Assembly (NCBI GenBank): GCA_041649755.1
Contig: JBAZMK010000004.1
Location: forward strand, 19,766-83,765
Source: Candidatus Pacearchaeota archaeon
Lineage (GTDB): Archaea > Nanobdellota > Nanobdellia > Pacearchaeales > GW2011-AR1
DNA: 64,000 nucleotides
Reading direction: 5' to 3'
Shown piece after piece: positions 52,007 through 61,529 of this stretch; position 1 is the first letter of the stretch; each line of letters starts with the position of its first letter. The translations under genes were made by a program, and so were the position numbers. The notes beneath the pieces were generated by a model that had not been told where the DNA came from, made no database searches, and saw only the letters and a program-made list of their open reading frames with translations.

Positions 52007-52933
52007 TTAAGGAATAATTCTAAATCTTAAAGTATATAAAATCCAAGATATTGAGAGTAGAATAATTACTCCAATAAGAAAGTATAAGCTTAAATCTATA
52101 GATACTTCTTTTCTTGTTTGGATGATTATCTCCTCAAACGAGCTCCTTAGCTCTTCGGGATTTTCTGCCATAAAGAACTGCCCGTTGCTGTTAAAACTTA
52201 TTGCCTTTAAAAAATCTTCATCTATCTTTGAAATCATATTAAGTCCTTCAACAACCCCCCCTTCTATGGTTCCGACTCCGATAGTGTTAACTATAATATT
52301 GTTCCTGTTAAGATATCTTATAACTTCAGGAGCTTCGACGACATTTAATTGTCCGTCGCTTATCAGAATCACCGCTTTCATCTGCCTGTTTTGGAAAATA
52401 TTGTTAGCAGTAATTAGGGCGTTATGGACGTTTGTTCCTGAGACTTCTCCAAAATTGATGGCGTCAATTGCAAGTTTTGTTTTTATTTTTGAGGTGTCAA
52501 GTATCTGATGAACTTTAGACTCTCCAGAAAAGCTTATAACTCCTATTTCGACACCCGTAGGGAGCATGTCAATGAACCTTTTTGCTTCTTCTTTGGCAAC
52601 AGATAATCTGTTTGGCAATAAGTCATGCGCAGACATACTCTGAGAGTTATCTATTAAGATTACATAAGAGAATGAACTTGTATCTGTTTCGACTGAGACT
52701 CCGATTCCTGCAAGTGCAAAGACAATTAGTATGAGGATTATTAAGTGAATATAAAGAAGAGCGAGATTCTTTGAAAAGAATTCAATTCCATAGAATCTTT
52801 GCATAGCCTTGAAGTTTGAAAACATTAGGGCTTTTTTTCTTGTGTAAATCATTCCATAAAAGTGGATAAAAATAAAAAAAGGGACGAGAAAAAGGAAGAC
52901 AAGTAATTGGGGATAAAGAAAATAGAATTCCAT
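52007..52933 (-). CDS. vWA-domain membrane protein (BatA-like)
   Basis: N-terminal two TM helices, MIDAS motif VILIDNSQSMS, a vWA fold pattern and a C-terminal TM. Confidence 0.8.
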   Translation of the reverse strand: MEFYFLYPQLLVFLFLVPFFIFIHFYGMIYTRKKALMFSNFKAMQRFYGIEFFSKNLALLYIHLIILILIVFALAGIGVSVETDTSSFSYVILIDNSQSMSAHDLLPNRLSVAKEEAKRFIDMLPTGVEIGVISFSGESKVHQILDTSKIKTKLAIDAINFGEVSGTNVHNALITANNIFQNRQMKAVILISDGQLNVVEAPEVIRYLNRNNIIVNTIGVGTIEGGVVEGLNMISKIDEDFLKAISFNSNGQFFMAENPEELRSSFEEIIIQTRKEVSIDLSLYFLIGVIILLSISWILYTLRFRIIP

Positions 52934-53847
52934 TATACTCTACCCCCCCGAGATCTTCCTTTTAGAAATTTTACTGTTGGTGGGACGAATTTTTCCTGTA
53001 TATTTAGTTCAAGCAAATCCGTCTTTGATCTTTTAAAGATATCCCTTATCAATTCTTTTTGTTTTGCTACACTTTCTTCATATTTTTTCGTTGTTATGCT
53101 GGGATCAAGAGTCATTTGTCTTTTTGAGTGTGGGTCCTGAATAGAAATCTGGAAGGGTAGGTCATCTAAAGATTCGTCTAATGAGTCTCTTATCATAATA
53201 GCCATAGTTTCGAATCTACTCCCAAGAATCTTGATAATAGTTTCATCTTCCTTTTTCAAATTTATAAAGTCAGATATTACTATGAAGATTGTGTAGGCAG
53301 ATTTGGTGAACTTAAGGACTTCCATTATTGTTTTCTCTAAATTAAACCCTCCACCATAATATTTTGGATCAGAAAGAAATTTTGTAAATAATAGAAACTG
53401 GTTTTTACTATTTGAAGGGTAGAGAATTTTTTTAGGGCCGTCATTAAACATAACTAATCCTATCTTGTCGCCAGAACTATAAATTAGGTGAGCGATTGAG
53501 GCAACTATCTCTGCCGAATATTCTGCCTTGAGTTTTTCTCCTGAGCCGAAGAGCATACCATTACTGACATCTACCAGAAAGTATATGCTCAAATCTCTTT
53601 CTTCAATGTATTTTTTTGCAAGAGTTTCGTTTGCCCTTAAGGTTGCTTTCCAATCAATCATAGAAGTATCGTCGCTTGGTTCAAAAGTTCTGTAACTATC
53701 AAATTCCAAACCTTTTCCTCTAAAAATCATATTATATAAAATTCTTTTAACTGGGAATTTCTGAAATGCTTTCTCAAATTCAGAGATGGCTCTTGCAAAG
53801 TTGATGTCAAATTTCTTTTTTTCGTTTAAGTTTTTTAGTGCTTCCAT
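52933..53847 (-). CDS. DUF58 family protein (MoxR-associated, vWA-like)
   Basis: FRGKGLEFDSYRTFEPSDDTSMIDWKATLR....AKKYIEERDLSIYFLVDVSNGM is the classic DUF58 signature; 1-nt overlap with the vWA gene. Confidence 0.85.
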   Translation of the reverse strand: MEALKNLNEKKKFDINFARAISEFEKAFQKFPVKRILYNMIFRGKGLEFDSYRTFEPSDDTSMIDWKATLRANETLAKKYIEERDLSIYFLVDVSNGMLFGSGEKLKAEYSAEIVASIAHLIYSSGDKIGLVMFNDGPKKILYPSNSKNQFLLFTKFLSDPKYYGGGFNLEKTIMEVLKFTKSAYTIFIVISDFINLKKEDETIIKILGSRFETMAIMIRDSLDESLDDLPFQISIQDPHSKRQMTLDPSITTKKYEESVAKQKELIRDIFKRSKTDLLELNIQEKFVPPTVKFLKGRSRGGRV

Positions 53848-53851
53848 TATT

Positions 53852-54820
53852 TTAAGGAGCCGTTACTTTTTGAAGAATATGTTTTATTACTTCGTCCGTT
53901 GTTATTTTTTCAGCTTCGGCTTCGTAATTTAGTATTATTCTATGTCTTAGAATAGGATAAACGACAGTTTTGACATCCTGAGGTATGACATATTTTCTTC
54001 CTTTCATCATAGCTTCTGCTTTTGATGCAATATAAAGGGAAATTGACGCTCTTGGGCTTGCACCGCAGGAAATGTATTTAGAGAATTCTTCGTCTTTTTT
54101 TCTTGTGTAGCCCACTATTTTTATAATATAATTTTTTATTGCTTCTGAGGCAAATATCTCTTTTGTTTTTTCTTGTAAAGCAATTATTTTTTTAGGGGAT
54201 AATATTCCATTTAAATCATAGTCTTCGAATTTTTTTGTTGTTACGTTGTTTTCTAGTATTTTCTTCTCCTCTTTTTCGTGAGGGTAGTTTACAATTAGCT
54301 TAAATAGAAACCTATCTACTTGTGCTTCCGGAAGGGAGTAGACTCCGCTTACTTCTAATGGGTTTTCAGTCGCCATTACGAAGAAGGGTTTGGGGAGTTC
54401 GTAAGTTTCTCTGGCGATTGTTACAGCTTTTTCCTGCATGGCTTCTAGAAGGGCAGATTGTGTTTTTGGCGGACTTCTGTTTATTTCATCAGCAATTACA
54501 AAATTAGAGAATATTGGTCCTTTTATTACTTCAAAGCCCTTTTTAGGTGTGTAGCTCATAATACCCGTTATATCTGTTGGAAGAAGGTCAACAGTAAACT
54601 GGATTCTTTTCATTTCACATCCAGTAACTTTTGCAAATGCTTTGACTAATAATGTTTTTGCGGTTCCAGGGACCCCTTCAACGAGAACGTGACCATCACA
54701 TAGGATAGCTCTTATGATTTCGTGAATGACTTCTTCTTGACCAACTACTACTTTTGATACTTCTTTTTTTATCTTTTCTACAATTTCCTTTACACTTTCT
54801 TCTTTCCTCTTTTTTTTCAT
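53852..54820 (-). CDS. MoxR-family AAA+ ATPase
   Basis: VVGQEEVIHEIIRAILCDGHVLVEGVPGTAKTLLVKAFAK, Walker B ADEINR.PPKTQSALLEAMQE, and a C-terminal lid. Confidence 0.9.
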   Translation of the reverse strand: MKKKRKEESVKEIVEKIKKEVSKVVVGQEEVIHEIIRAILCDGHVLVEGVPGTAKTLLVKAFAKVTGCEMKRIQFTVDLLPTDITGIMSYTPKKGFEVIKGPIFSNFVIADEINRSPPKTQSALLEAMQEKAVTIARETYELPKPFFVMATENPLEVSGVYSLPEAQVDRFLFKLIVNYPHEKEEKKILENNVTTKKFEDYDLNGILSPKKIIALQEKTKEIFASEAIKNYIIKIVGYTRKKDEEFSKYISCGASPRASISLYIASKAEAMMKGRKYVIPQDVKTVVYPILRHRIILNYEAEAEKITTDEVIKHILQKVTAP

Positions 54821-54829
54821 GTTTTTGTC

Positions 54830-57800
54830 TTATTTATTAAATCTTGTACGTTTATAAATGTAAATGATAAATCCGAGTAGAAGTACTGAGGCGGTTGCAA
54901 ATAAAACGTAATAAAAAATGTTGCTTATATAATCTTTTAGTTTGAATTTTACTTGTTCATTGGCTTTAATGGCGTCTTCACAGGCTGTAGCGATTTCAGT
55001 AGCCATAGTTAATGCGCTTTCTGAGTCTCCTTCTTCAAATTTTTTTCTTGCTTCTTTGATTAGTTCAGAAAGTTCAAGGCACTCTGGATTTTCTGAAATT
55101 AGTTTTTCCGTGAAAATAATTGTTTGTTCAGCTTCAGTGTCGTTAATTCTTCTTAGGTCTATAAAGAAGTCCCCCCAGTCTGAGAATTTTGGGGAGGTTA
55201 CATCAACATAGACTGTTGCTTTATATCTCCCTGTCTTTTGTGTATCTGCTAAGATTCTCATAGTCATATTTTGGGACTCTCCGATTTTTAGTTCGGGAAG
55301 ATAGATTGGTTCAATGAATACTTTTACATCTTCTGAGTAGACATTGTTAAATAAGACGATGTTTGTTACGTCAAGTCCTTTTAAGTCAATTTCACCTGTA
55401 TTTTCTAAGGTAAATGGGATTTCAATAGAGTCTTTTTCATAAATAATTATATCTTGTGGTACGATTATTCTTATTGAAAAGAGTTTTAGGAGGGTTGATG
55501 TACCGCCCGTGGCTGGTCTTTCTACTTCCTGAACCGAAGGGGTAGTGAATTCCACTTTAAATTGGTTGCTTATGTTGTTTGTTAGGGGTTCCCCTTCTGA
55601 ATTTAAATCTGTTGCATTAATGTAAAGCCATTCGCTTTTTATTGTGTTTGGTGCAGGAATTGTTAGAATCCATCCTTCTGAAACTGTTGAGAATGGCGAG
55701 GCGAGTGTGCTTGGTGTGCTGTTACTATGAATCGTGAAGTTAATTTCCTGTTCGTAATAAGGGTCTTCTTTGTCGTAGTCTAAAAAGTGTCCGTTTAGGT
55801 CAATTTCAAGGTTTTGGTTATAGTTTTTTTGATAGTAAGGACCTATGTTAGAAATGAAGAGTAGAGGGGCATTAGTGTGACTTATGTTTAATTTAAATGA
55901 AAAGTTAATCGCTATTGCTTCTTTTTGGCTTTCGTTTAATTGTTCTGTTGAAGGATATGCTTTTATTGTCAAGTTTTTTAAATTTCCATAGGTTTCGTCA
56001 AAATAGGTTTGAGTCCACGAATAGTTAAATTCGGTGGAGTTTCCAATGTTTTCAAAAGAGTCTATCATATAGAAATCTGTGTAGTTGCAGTTGGAATTGT
56101 CTAAGTAGCTACAAGTTATGTTATCTATCCAGAGTTCGTAAGTTAGGTTTCCCCCTAATGAATTATTGAAAGATAGTGTTAATTTTTTTTCTACGACTTC
56201 GGTGAAGTTAAAGACAGAGTTTTGCGAAGGAGATGTTAGATTGGCTATTCCATATATAGATAATTTAAAAATTTTCCAGTCTGTGTTTTCAGAAGTGTCG
56301 TTTACAGATATATTAAACAGCCATTCTCCTTCATAATCACTTAAGTTTGTTAAATTAATTATTCCGGTTGTTTCGTTGAAATTAGAAGTGTTTATGAAGT
56401 TTCCTCCCGTTGTTAGATTTGAAATTGAGAATGTTAAATTTCCATTTGGGGTGTCGTTTCCATCTTTTTCGTCTGTTGCATTTATATCTAAATATAAATT
56501 CTCGTAAATAGTGAGGGTCGCATTGTTTAGGCTTTCGTTTACAATAGAGGGGGGATAGTCAAATTCTGTTATGTTCAGATAGAAAAGCCTGTTTGTTTTT
56601 TCTCCAGAGAAATCTGTTATAGTGATGTTGACTGAATAATTCCCTACATTTTCGTATTGGGGAGTAAAGGTTGTGTTGTATATTGTCCTGTTGTAGAATC
56701 CTTCCAATTCTCTTGGAGATTGTTCAATTAAAAAAGAGATGTCTTCTGAGGTTAGAGGTGTTTGGGCAGGAGTTAGGTTAATTATATTAGTTGAAATGTT
56801 TAAAGTTTCATTGTAAGCACCTTCGTTTACTTTTGTTTCGCTTATTAAGAAGTCGTCGTCGTAAGTATATAGTCTCCAAAATATTGATTCTCCGTGCGGA
56901 ACGATTTGTGTGTTGTTTTCAGGTATTGCGTTTGTAGGAGGCTCAGAAAAGTCTGTATTGTTGTAAAGGGCACCGATTTGCGGAGCGGTGTTGTTGTTAG
57001 AAATATTTAAGATAATGTGGGTTGTATCCTCTAAATAACCATCGCTTGCAGTTATGTTGAAGTTCCAAATTCCGACATCTTGCTTCCATGGGGTGAAATT
57101 TATTATCCCGTCACTTGTCAGATTAAATCTTGGCGGGACTCCTGATGAATTTGAGAATGTTAAGGTGTCGTTATCATCATCTTTGACGTAGAAATTTTCT
57201 TCAGTAATAGTCGTATCAGTTAGATTTCGGTAAAAGTTAAATCCTTCTTCATCTGAGGTTCTACTAGTGTTTAGATCAAAAGCGTATTCACCCCCTTTCC
57301 AGTAAGGAGAGGTGTTGTTAGAGATTGTTATATTAAATAAGGTATAGGAAGAGGAGTCTTCTTTGTCAGTTGCACTTACATTAATTTCGTAATCTCCTGC
57401 TTCGGTTGAATTTAGTGTTATTTTTGCTCTTGAAATATTTGTTCCTGTAATTTGACCTAAGTCTTCAATGACTAAATTATCAAAAGTGTAATTTTCAGAT
57501 TCTATTGATGCAGTGTAGTTTAGGGTGAATTCTTCGTTGAAAAGGTTTTTGTCAGGAATTAATAAATCGTTGTCGGAGATGTTAAAGTAAATTGTTACCA
57601 ATTGGTTTATTGATATGTTTCTGTTTTCTATGCTTGTCAGAGACAGGGGGGAGTTTACAGAGCTTCTGTTTATGAATATGTCTATTTGTGATGAGCTTTC
57701 CTGTGAGTATTTGGTGTCTTCTACGCTGAAATTGATTGTCCAGTTTCCGACGTGGACTTTTTCCAGGGAGATGTTTATTGGTATAAAAAGGTAAAAGTCT

Positions 57801-58834
57801 GCTGCATTTGTTTCGTTTGAAGCGTAGAACCATCCCGAGTTGAAACTTCCTGAAGGGGCCGATGGATAATTTTTTAGTGTTGCAGTGCTTTCAATTGAAA
57901 GGCTGTCATTTTTCCCCTGTGTTTTTATTATGATGTTACAGGTTAGGTAGTCGTCATCTTCCGAAATTATTTTTTCGTCGCAGTCTGAGGTGTCTACACT
58001 TAGGGTAGATTGGATTATTAGAGAGGCGTTTTCGCAGGTTGTTTTGTTGTATTCGTAGTTTGAATCTTTATATGTTGGTAGTCCTGATTCTGGCAAAGTG
58101 TCGTTGATGCAGATTTGTACTGGGTAAACTCCGACGTCGTAATAGCCTATGTTTGTGAGGTTTATTAAAACGGACTGGTCTGAACCGCCATATTCGTTTG
58201 TTGTATCATAGGTGAAACTGCAGTTTGAAGCGTTTTTTCTTGGGCTCCATTCTGCCGGCTCGCAGTCGTCAAAAAAAGTGATATTTTGAAAAATTAAAGG
58301 GTAGTGTTCTTCTTCGTCTGTTCCTGATAATATAATATTGCCAGAGGTGTTTTCCTGGCTGTTTACTTCAAAAGAGTATGTTTCGTTGAAGCCTACTTCG
58401 GGGGCGTCGTTTGTTGCGTTAATTATGAAATTAAAGTATCTTGATTCTCCTCCTTCTGTACCTTGAACGAGGGCGTTAAGTGTAAAGTTTCCAGTTTCAT
58501 TATCATTTATCGAATTGATATTTAATAATCCTGATGTTGAATTTATAGAGTATGTATCGTTCCAGTTTAACCAGTAAAAGTCTGAGTGTTCTGGTCCAAG
58601 GGAGCCGTCTTCCCATTGGATATTAAGTATAGAAAAATAGCTAAAATTTTCTGTTTCAGTGAGATTTTTACTAAAGTTATATAAATTAAATTCATCTTCG
58701 TTGAAATATTTGGGCGTTTGATATGCATCATTCCAACTGACGGCGCTGACAAATACAATTATTCCTAATAAGATACATAAAAGAATGCTTTTAAAGTATT
58801 GTCTCTTAATTGTATTTGTTACACCTCTCTTCAT
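54830..58834 (-). CDS. Giant (1334 aa) N-x-S/T-rich surface adhesin with cadherin-like repeat junctions, a CARDB-like domain and a C-terminal TM anchor
   Basis: N-terminal signal/TM. Repeat junctions NATNDAPEV, ISNNNTAPQI, ISNNTSPYW and EFDYPPSI resemble cadherin-type D.ND.AP motifs. A CARDB-like segment starts near EIPFTLENTGEIDLKGLDV. The C-terminal TM is YYVLFATASVLLLGFIIYIY followed by KRTRFNK. Confidence 0.7.
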   Translation of the reverse strand: MKRGVTNTIKRQYFKSILLCILLGIIVFVSAVSWNDAYQTPKYFNEDEFNLYNFSKNLTETENFSYFSILNIQWEDGSLGPEHSDFYWLNWNDTYSINSTSGLLNINSINDNETGNFTLNALVQGTEGGESRYFNFIINATNDAPEVGFNETYSFEVNSQENTSGNIILSGTDEEEHYPLIFQNITFFDDCEPAEWSPRKNASNCSFTYDTTNEYGGSDQSVLINLTNIGYYDVGVYPVQICINDTLPESGLPTYKDSNYEYNKTTCENASLIIQSTLSVDTSDCDEKIISEDDDYLTCNIIIKTQGKNDSLSIESTATLKNYPSAPSGSFNSGWFYASNETNAADFYLFIPINISLEKVHVGNWTINFSVEDTKYSQESSSQIDIFINRSSVNSPLSLTSIENRNISINQLVTIYFNISDNDLLIPDKNLFNEEFTLNYTASIESENYTFDNLVIEDLGQITGTNISRAKITLNSTEAGDYEINVSATDKEDSSSYTLFNITISNNTSPYWKGGEYAFDLNTSRTSDEEGFNFYRNLTDTTITEENFYVKDDDNDTLTFSNSSGVPPRFNLTSDGIINFTPWKQDVGIWNFNITASDGYLEDTTHIILNISNNNTAPQIGALYNNTDFSEPPTNAIPENNTQIVPHGESIFWRLYTYDDDFLISETKVNEGAYNETLNISTNIINLTPAQTPLTSEDISFLIEQSPRELEGFYNRTIYNTTFTPQYENVGNYSVNITITDFSGEKTNRLFYLNITEFDYPPSIVNESLNNATLTIYENLYLDINATDEKDGNDTPNGNLTFSISNLTTGGNFINTSNFNETTGIINLTNLSDYEGEWLFNISVNDTSENTDWKIFKLSIYGIANLTSPSQNSVFNFTEVVEKKLTLSFNNSLGGNLTYELWIDNITCSYLDNSNCNYTDFYMIDSFENIGNSTEFNYSWTQTYFDETYGNLKNLTIKAYPSTEQLNESQKEAIAINFSFKLNISHTNAPLLFISNIGPYYQKNYNQNLEIDLNGHFLDYDKEDPYYEQEINFTIHSNSTPSTLASPFSTVSEGWILTIPAPNTIKSEWLYINATDLNSEGEPLTNNISNQFKVEFTTPSVQEVERPATGGTSTLLKLFSIRIIVPQDIIIYEKDSIEIPFTLENTGEIDLKGLDVTNIVLFNNVYSEDVKVFIEPIYLPELKIGESQNMTMRILADTQKTGRYKATVYVDVTSPKFSDWGDFFIDLRRINDTEAEQTIIFTEKLISENPECLELSELIKEARKKFEEGDSESALTMATEIATACEDAIKANEQVKFKLKDYISNIFYYVLFATASVLLLGFIIYIYKRTRFNK

Positions 58835-58871
58835 CTTATTTTATTACTATTTATCCTTATTAATCTTGTGT

Positions 58872-59933
58872 TTATAATCCTATTTTTTCAATTAAATTGT
58901 CTTTGTTAAAAACTTCTAAGTCTTTGTATTCTTGCCCTGTTCCGAGGAAATAAATAGGTTTTTTTGTGACGTGAGAGACAGAGATTGCTGTTCCGCCTTT
59001 TTCGTCTACATCAGCTTTAGAGAGTATTATTCCTGTTAAGTCTATTACTTCATTGAATGTTTTTGCCTGTTCTACTGCGTCGTTGCCTGTGATGGATTCT
59101 CCTACGAAGAATTTCATATCAGGTTTGTTTACTCTGACAACTTTTTCAATTTCTTTCATAAGGGAGTCTTTGTTTTGCATTCTCCCTGCTGTGTCGATTA
59201 AGACTATGTCAATATGGTGTTTTTTTGCGTAGGCGATTGCGTCAAATCCTACTGCGGCTGGGTCTGCTCCGTAGTCTTTTTTTATCAAAGGAACTTTAAG
59301 GTTGTCTGCATGTTGCTGAATTTGTTCAATTGAGGCGGCTCTGAAAGTGTCTGCTGCACAGAGACAGACAGATAGTTTGTTTTTTATTAAATAGTTAGCT
59401 AATTTAGCGATTGTTGTGGTTTTGCCTGAGCCATTTATTCCTGCGAATAGAATAACAAAAGGGGTTTTTTCTTTTAGTGATTCTTTGATTTCTTTTAAAA
59501 AGTCTGGGGGGTTTATGAGGGTTTCTTTTATAGAACTTTTAAGTTCCTTGCTTAGGTCAACTTCTTTTAAATTTTTACCAACTATTTTTTCTTTGAGAGA
59601 GGAACGGATAGAATCCACGACCTCATAAGCAGTGTTGTTTTGCAAAAGGATTAGTTCAAGTTCCTCAAATATTTTTTTAAATTCTTCTTCGCTTAGCTTT
59701 TTTTGAAAACGAGAGAAAAAAGACTTCTTTTCTTCTTTTTGTTCTTCTGGTTTAGTTTCTTCAATTATTGGTTTTTCTTTTGAGGTTATTTTGGGTTCTT
59801 TTTTGTCTACTTTTTTAGCTATTTTTTCTTTCTTGGGTGGTTTTTTCTCTATTTTTACAGGTTTTTCTACTTCCTGTGTTTCCTTAGTCTTACTTATCCA
59901 TTTTTTTAGCTTTTCTTTTAGTGAGCCGAACAT
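58872..59933 (-). CDS. ftsY: Signal recognition particle receptor FtsY
   Basis: Lys/Glu-rich A-region, then an NG domain: FAGINGSGKTTTIAKLA, DTAGR, SKADVDEKGG. Confidence 0.95.
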   Translation of the reverse strand: MFGSLKEKLKKWISKTKETQEVEKPVKIEKKPPKKEKIAKKVDKKEPKITSKEKPIIEETKPEEQKEEKKSFFSRFQKKLSEEEFKKIFEELELILLQNNTAYEVVDSIRSSLKEKIVGKNLKEVDLSKELKSSIKETLINPPDFLKEIKESLKEKTPFVILFAGINGSGKTTTIAKLANYLIKNKLSVCLCAADTFRAASIEQIQQHADNLKVPLIKKDYGADPAAVGFDAIAYAKKHHIDIVLIDTAGRMQNKDSLMKEIEKVVRVNKPDMKFFVGESITGNDAVEQAKTFNEVIDLTGIILSKADVDEKGGTAISVSHVTKKPIYFLGTGQEYKDLEVFNKDNLIEKIGL

Positions 59934-59993
59934 AGAAGAAAGAGTAAATTGGGTTTTAAATATGTAATCTCTTAGTGTTCTGTTACTACCCTA

Positions 59994-60659
59994 ATGAGAT
60001 TAATATATGAAGAAAGGGTTATAAGTAAGGAGATTATAGAGTTTAATGAGGAAGATTTGGATGGTGCAGAGAAGGAGATTATTTCTGATTTTAATAAAAT
60101 GAAACTTTTGGAGACTTTTGAAGTTAGAAATATTACTAAAAGTGAGTTTAATAGTGCATTGGACATTTTGGATAGTGAACTTGGGAAAAAAAGAGTTAGA
60201 AGTAATGTTTCTTTAAGGGAAAAATTTAATCAATATCCTCAGTTTTTTATTGGAGTTTTCTTAGGAGGAGATTTAATTGGGGTTGTCTGCGGTTTTCCAA
60301 GAGAAGATTATCTTTTGATAAGCGAGTTGGCGGTGGACGGGAAATTCCAAAGAAGGGGTTTTGGAAAATTGTTAGTAGAGGAATTTGAAAAAAAGGCAAG
60401 AGGTTATAAGATAAAGGCAGGTGCGCAAGATGGTACTATTGATTTTTATAAGTCCTTATTATATAAACCTTTTTTATTAGTCCAATTTAATGAAGGGGAT
60501 TACTTTCCAGAAGATTTTAATGGTTTTAAAATAAATAAAAGTAATGAGGAATTTTTAGAAATTAATGAAGAAAATGTTTCTCTTGAAAGGTTAGAAGAAC
60601 TTAGGAAGAGGTTTCCCAAAGCTTATTTTCAATATATTTTTACTAAGAAGGTGGATTAG
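59994..60659 (+). CDS. GNAT-family N-acetyltransferase
   Basis: Acetyl-CoA motif LISELAVDGKFQRRGFGKLLVEEFEKKA. The true start may be an internal Met (MKLLETFEV...). Confidence 0.7.
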   Translation: MRLIYEERVISKEIIEFNEEDLDGAEKEIISDFNKMKLLETFEVRNITKSEFNSALDILDSELGKKRVRSNVSLREKFNQYPQFFIGVFLGGDLIGVVCGFPREDYLLISELAVDGKFQRRGFGKLLVEEFEKKARGYKIKAGAQDGTIDFYKSLLYKPFLLVQFNEGDYFPEDFNGFKINKSNEEFLEINEENVSLERLEELRKRFPKAYFQYIFTKKVD

Positions 60660-60792
60660 TTTCTTCGCTTATGTTACTACCTTAAAAGGGTCATAATAAG
60701 TAGGGGGTGTTTTTGATTTGGGGGGTGTTGGTAATTAAATCTTGAATCTGGCAATTTAGTGATTCTTTGAATTTTTTACTATCTCTAAATTT

Positions 60793-61137
60793 TTATTTGG
60801 TTTTTGCATTAGTTAATATATCTTTTACATTTTCATTTAGCTTAGGAATTTTTTCCTTTATCAACTTCCAAATTATTTCCTTATTCACTCCAAAATAAGT
60901 ATGGCTGATGATATTTCTAAGTTTAGATAATTTTATCCATTCTATCTCTTTATGGTTTTTTCTTAATTCAATGGGGATATGTTTTATAGATTCTCCGATA
61001 ACTTGAAGCCTCATTAGAGTAGCGTCCCAAACCTCGCTTCTTTTTTCAAAATTTTCTTTTGTAATGTTTTTTGTTGAATCAATTATTCTTTGTGATGCAT
61101 CAAGAATATCTTTAAGATAAATTTTATAGTCTAACAT
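60793..61137 (-). CDS. hepT: HepT-type (DUF86, HEPN) toxin
   Basis: R.4-H.Y motif in LRNIISHTYFGV; 114 aa; overlaps the upstream MNT gene by 14 nt. Confidence 0.85.
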   Translation of the reverse strand: MLDYKIYLKDILDASQRIIDSTKNITKENFEKRSEVWDATLMRLQVIGESIKHIPIELRKNHKEIEWIKLSKLRNIISHTYFGVNKEIIWKLIKEKIPKLNENVKDILTNAKTK

Positions 61138-61420
61138 ATTTTGCCTCTTTTTTTATATACTCTAATTCAGGTCTTAAATCTTCTTCAATAACTAAGTCTA
61201 TTTTTCTTTTAAAAATTTTCTCTAAAAGTAATTGAAGTTCTATATATTTATCAAAGTCTACGTCCCTAAAACTTACAAGGATATCTATGTCACTTCTTTT
61301 CTTCTGTTTTTTTTTAGCAAAGGAACCAAATAAGCCAATTTTTTTAACTCCGAGCTTATTTATCTTTGATTCGTTTTCCTGTATTCTTTTTAATATTTTT
61401 TTTGAATTTAATTCTTCCAT
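61124..61420 (-). CDS. mntA: MntA-type minimal nucleotidyltransferase antitoxin
   Basis: GLFGSFAKKKQKKRSDIDILV (GS....... SD.D motif of the Pol-beta-fold NTase); 98 aa. Confidence 0.85.
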   Translation of the reverse strand: MEELNSKKILKRIQENESKINKLGVKKIGLFGSFAKKKQKKRSDIDILVSFRDVDFDKYIELQLLLEKIFKRKIDLVIEEDLRPELEYIKKEAKYVRL

Positions 61421-61500
61421 AAGGAGTAATAATGAATTTTATTTATATATCTTCTCTTTTATTCTTCTGTTACTACCTCAAAAAGACAATAAACGAAAAG

Positions 61501-61508
61501 TTTATAAA
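61501..61508 (+). promoter_or_regulatory. TATA-box-like TTTATAAA
   Basis: Lies 21 nt upstream of ATG 61530; a spacing typical of archaeal leaderless transcripts. Confidence 0.3.
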
Positions 61509-61529
61509 GGTTGAAAACTTAGGAAAGTT

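Noticed and set aside
53852-54820. MoxR ATPase as the missing pilus assembly motor
   Set aside because: The sequence is a standard MoxR AAA+ (single AAA module with DUF58/vWA partners). It has none of the features of PilB/FlaI/VirB11 secretion ATPases. I report the linkage as a finding, but I do not claim it substitutes for the motor.
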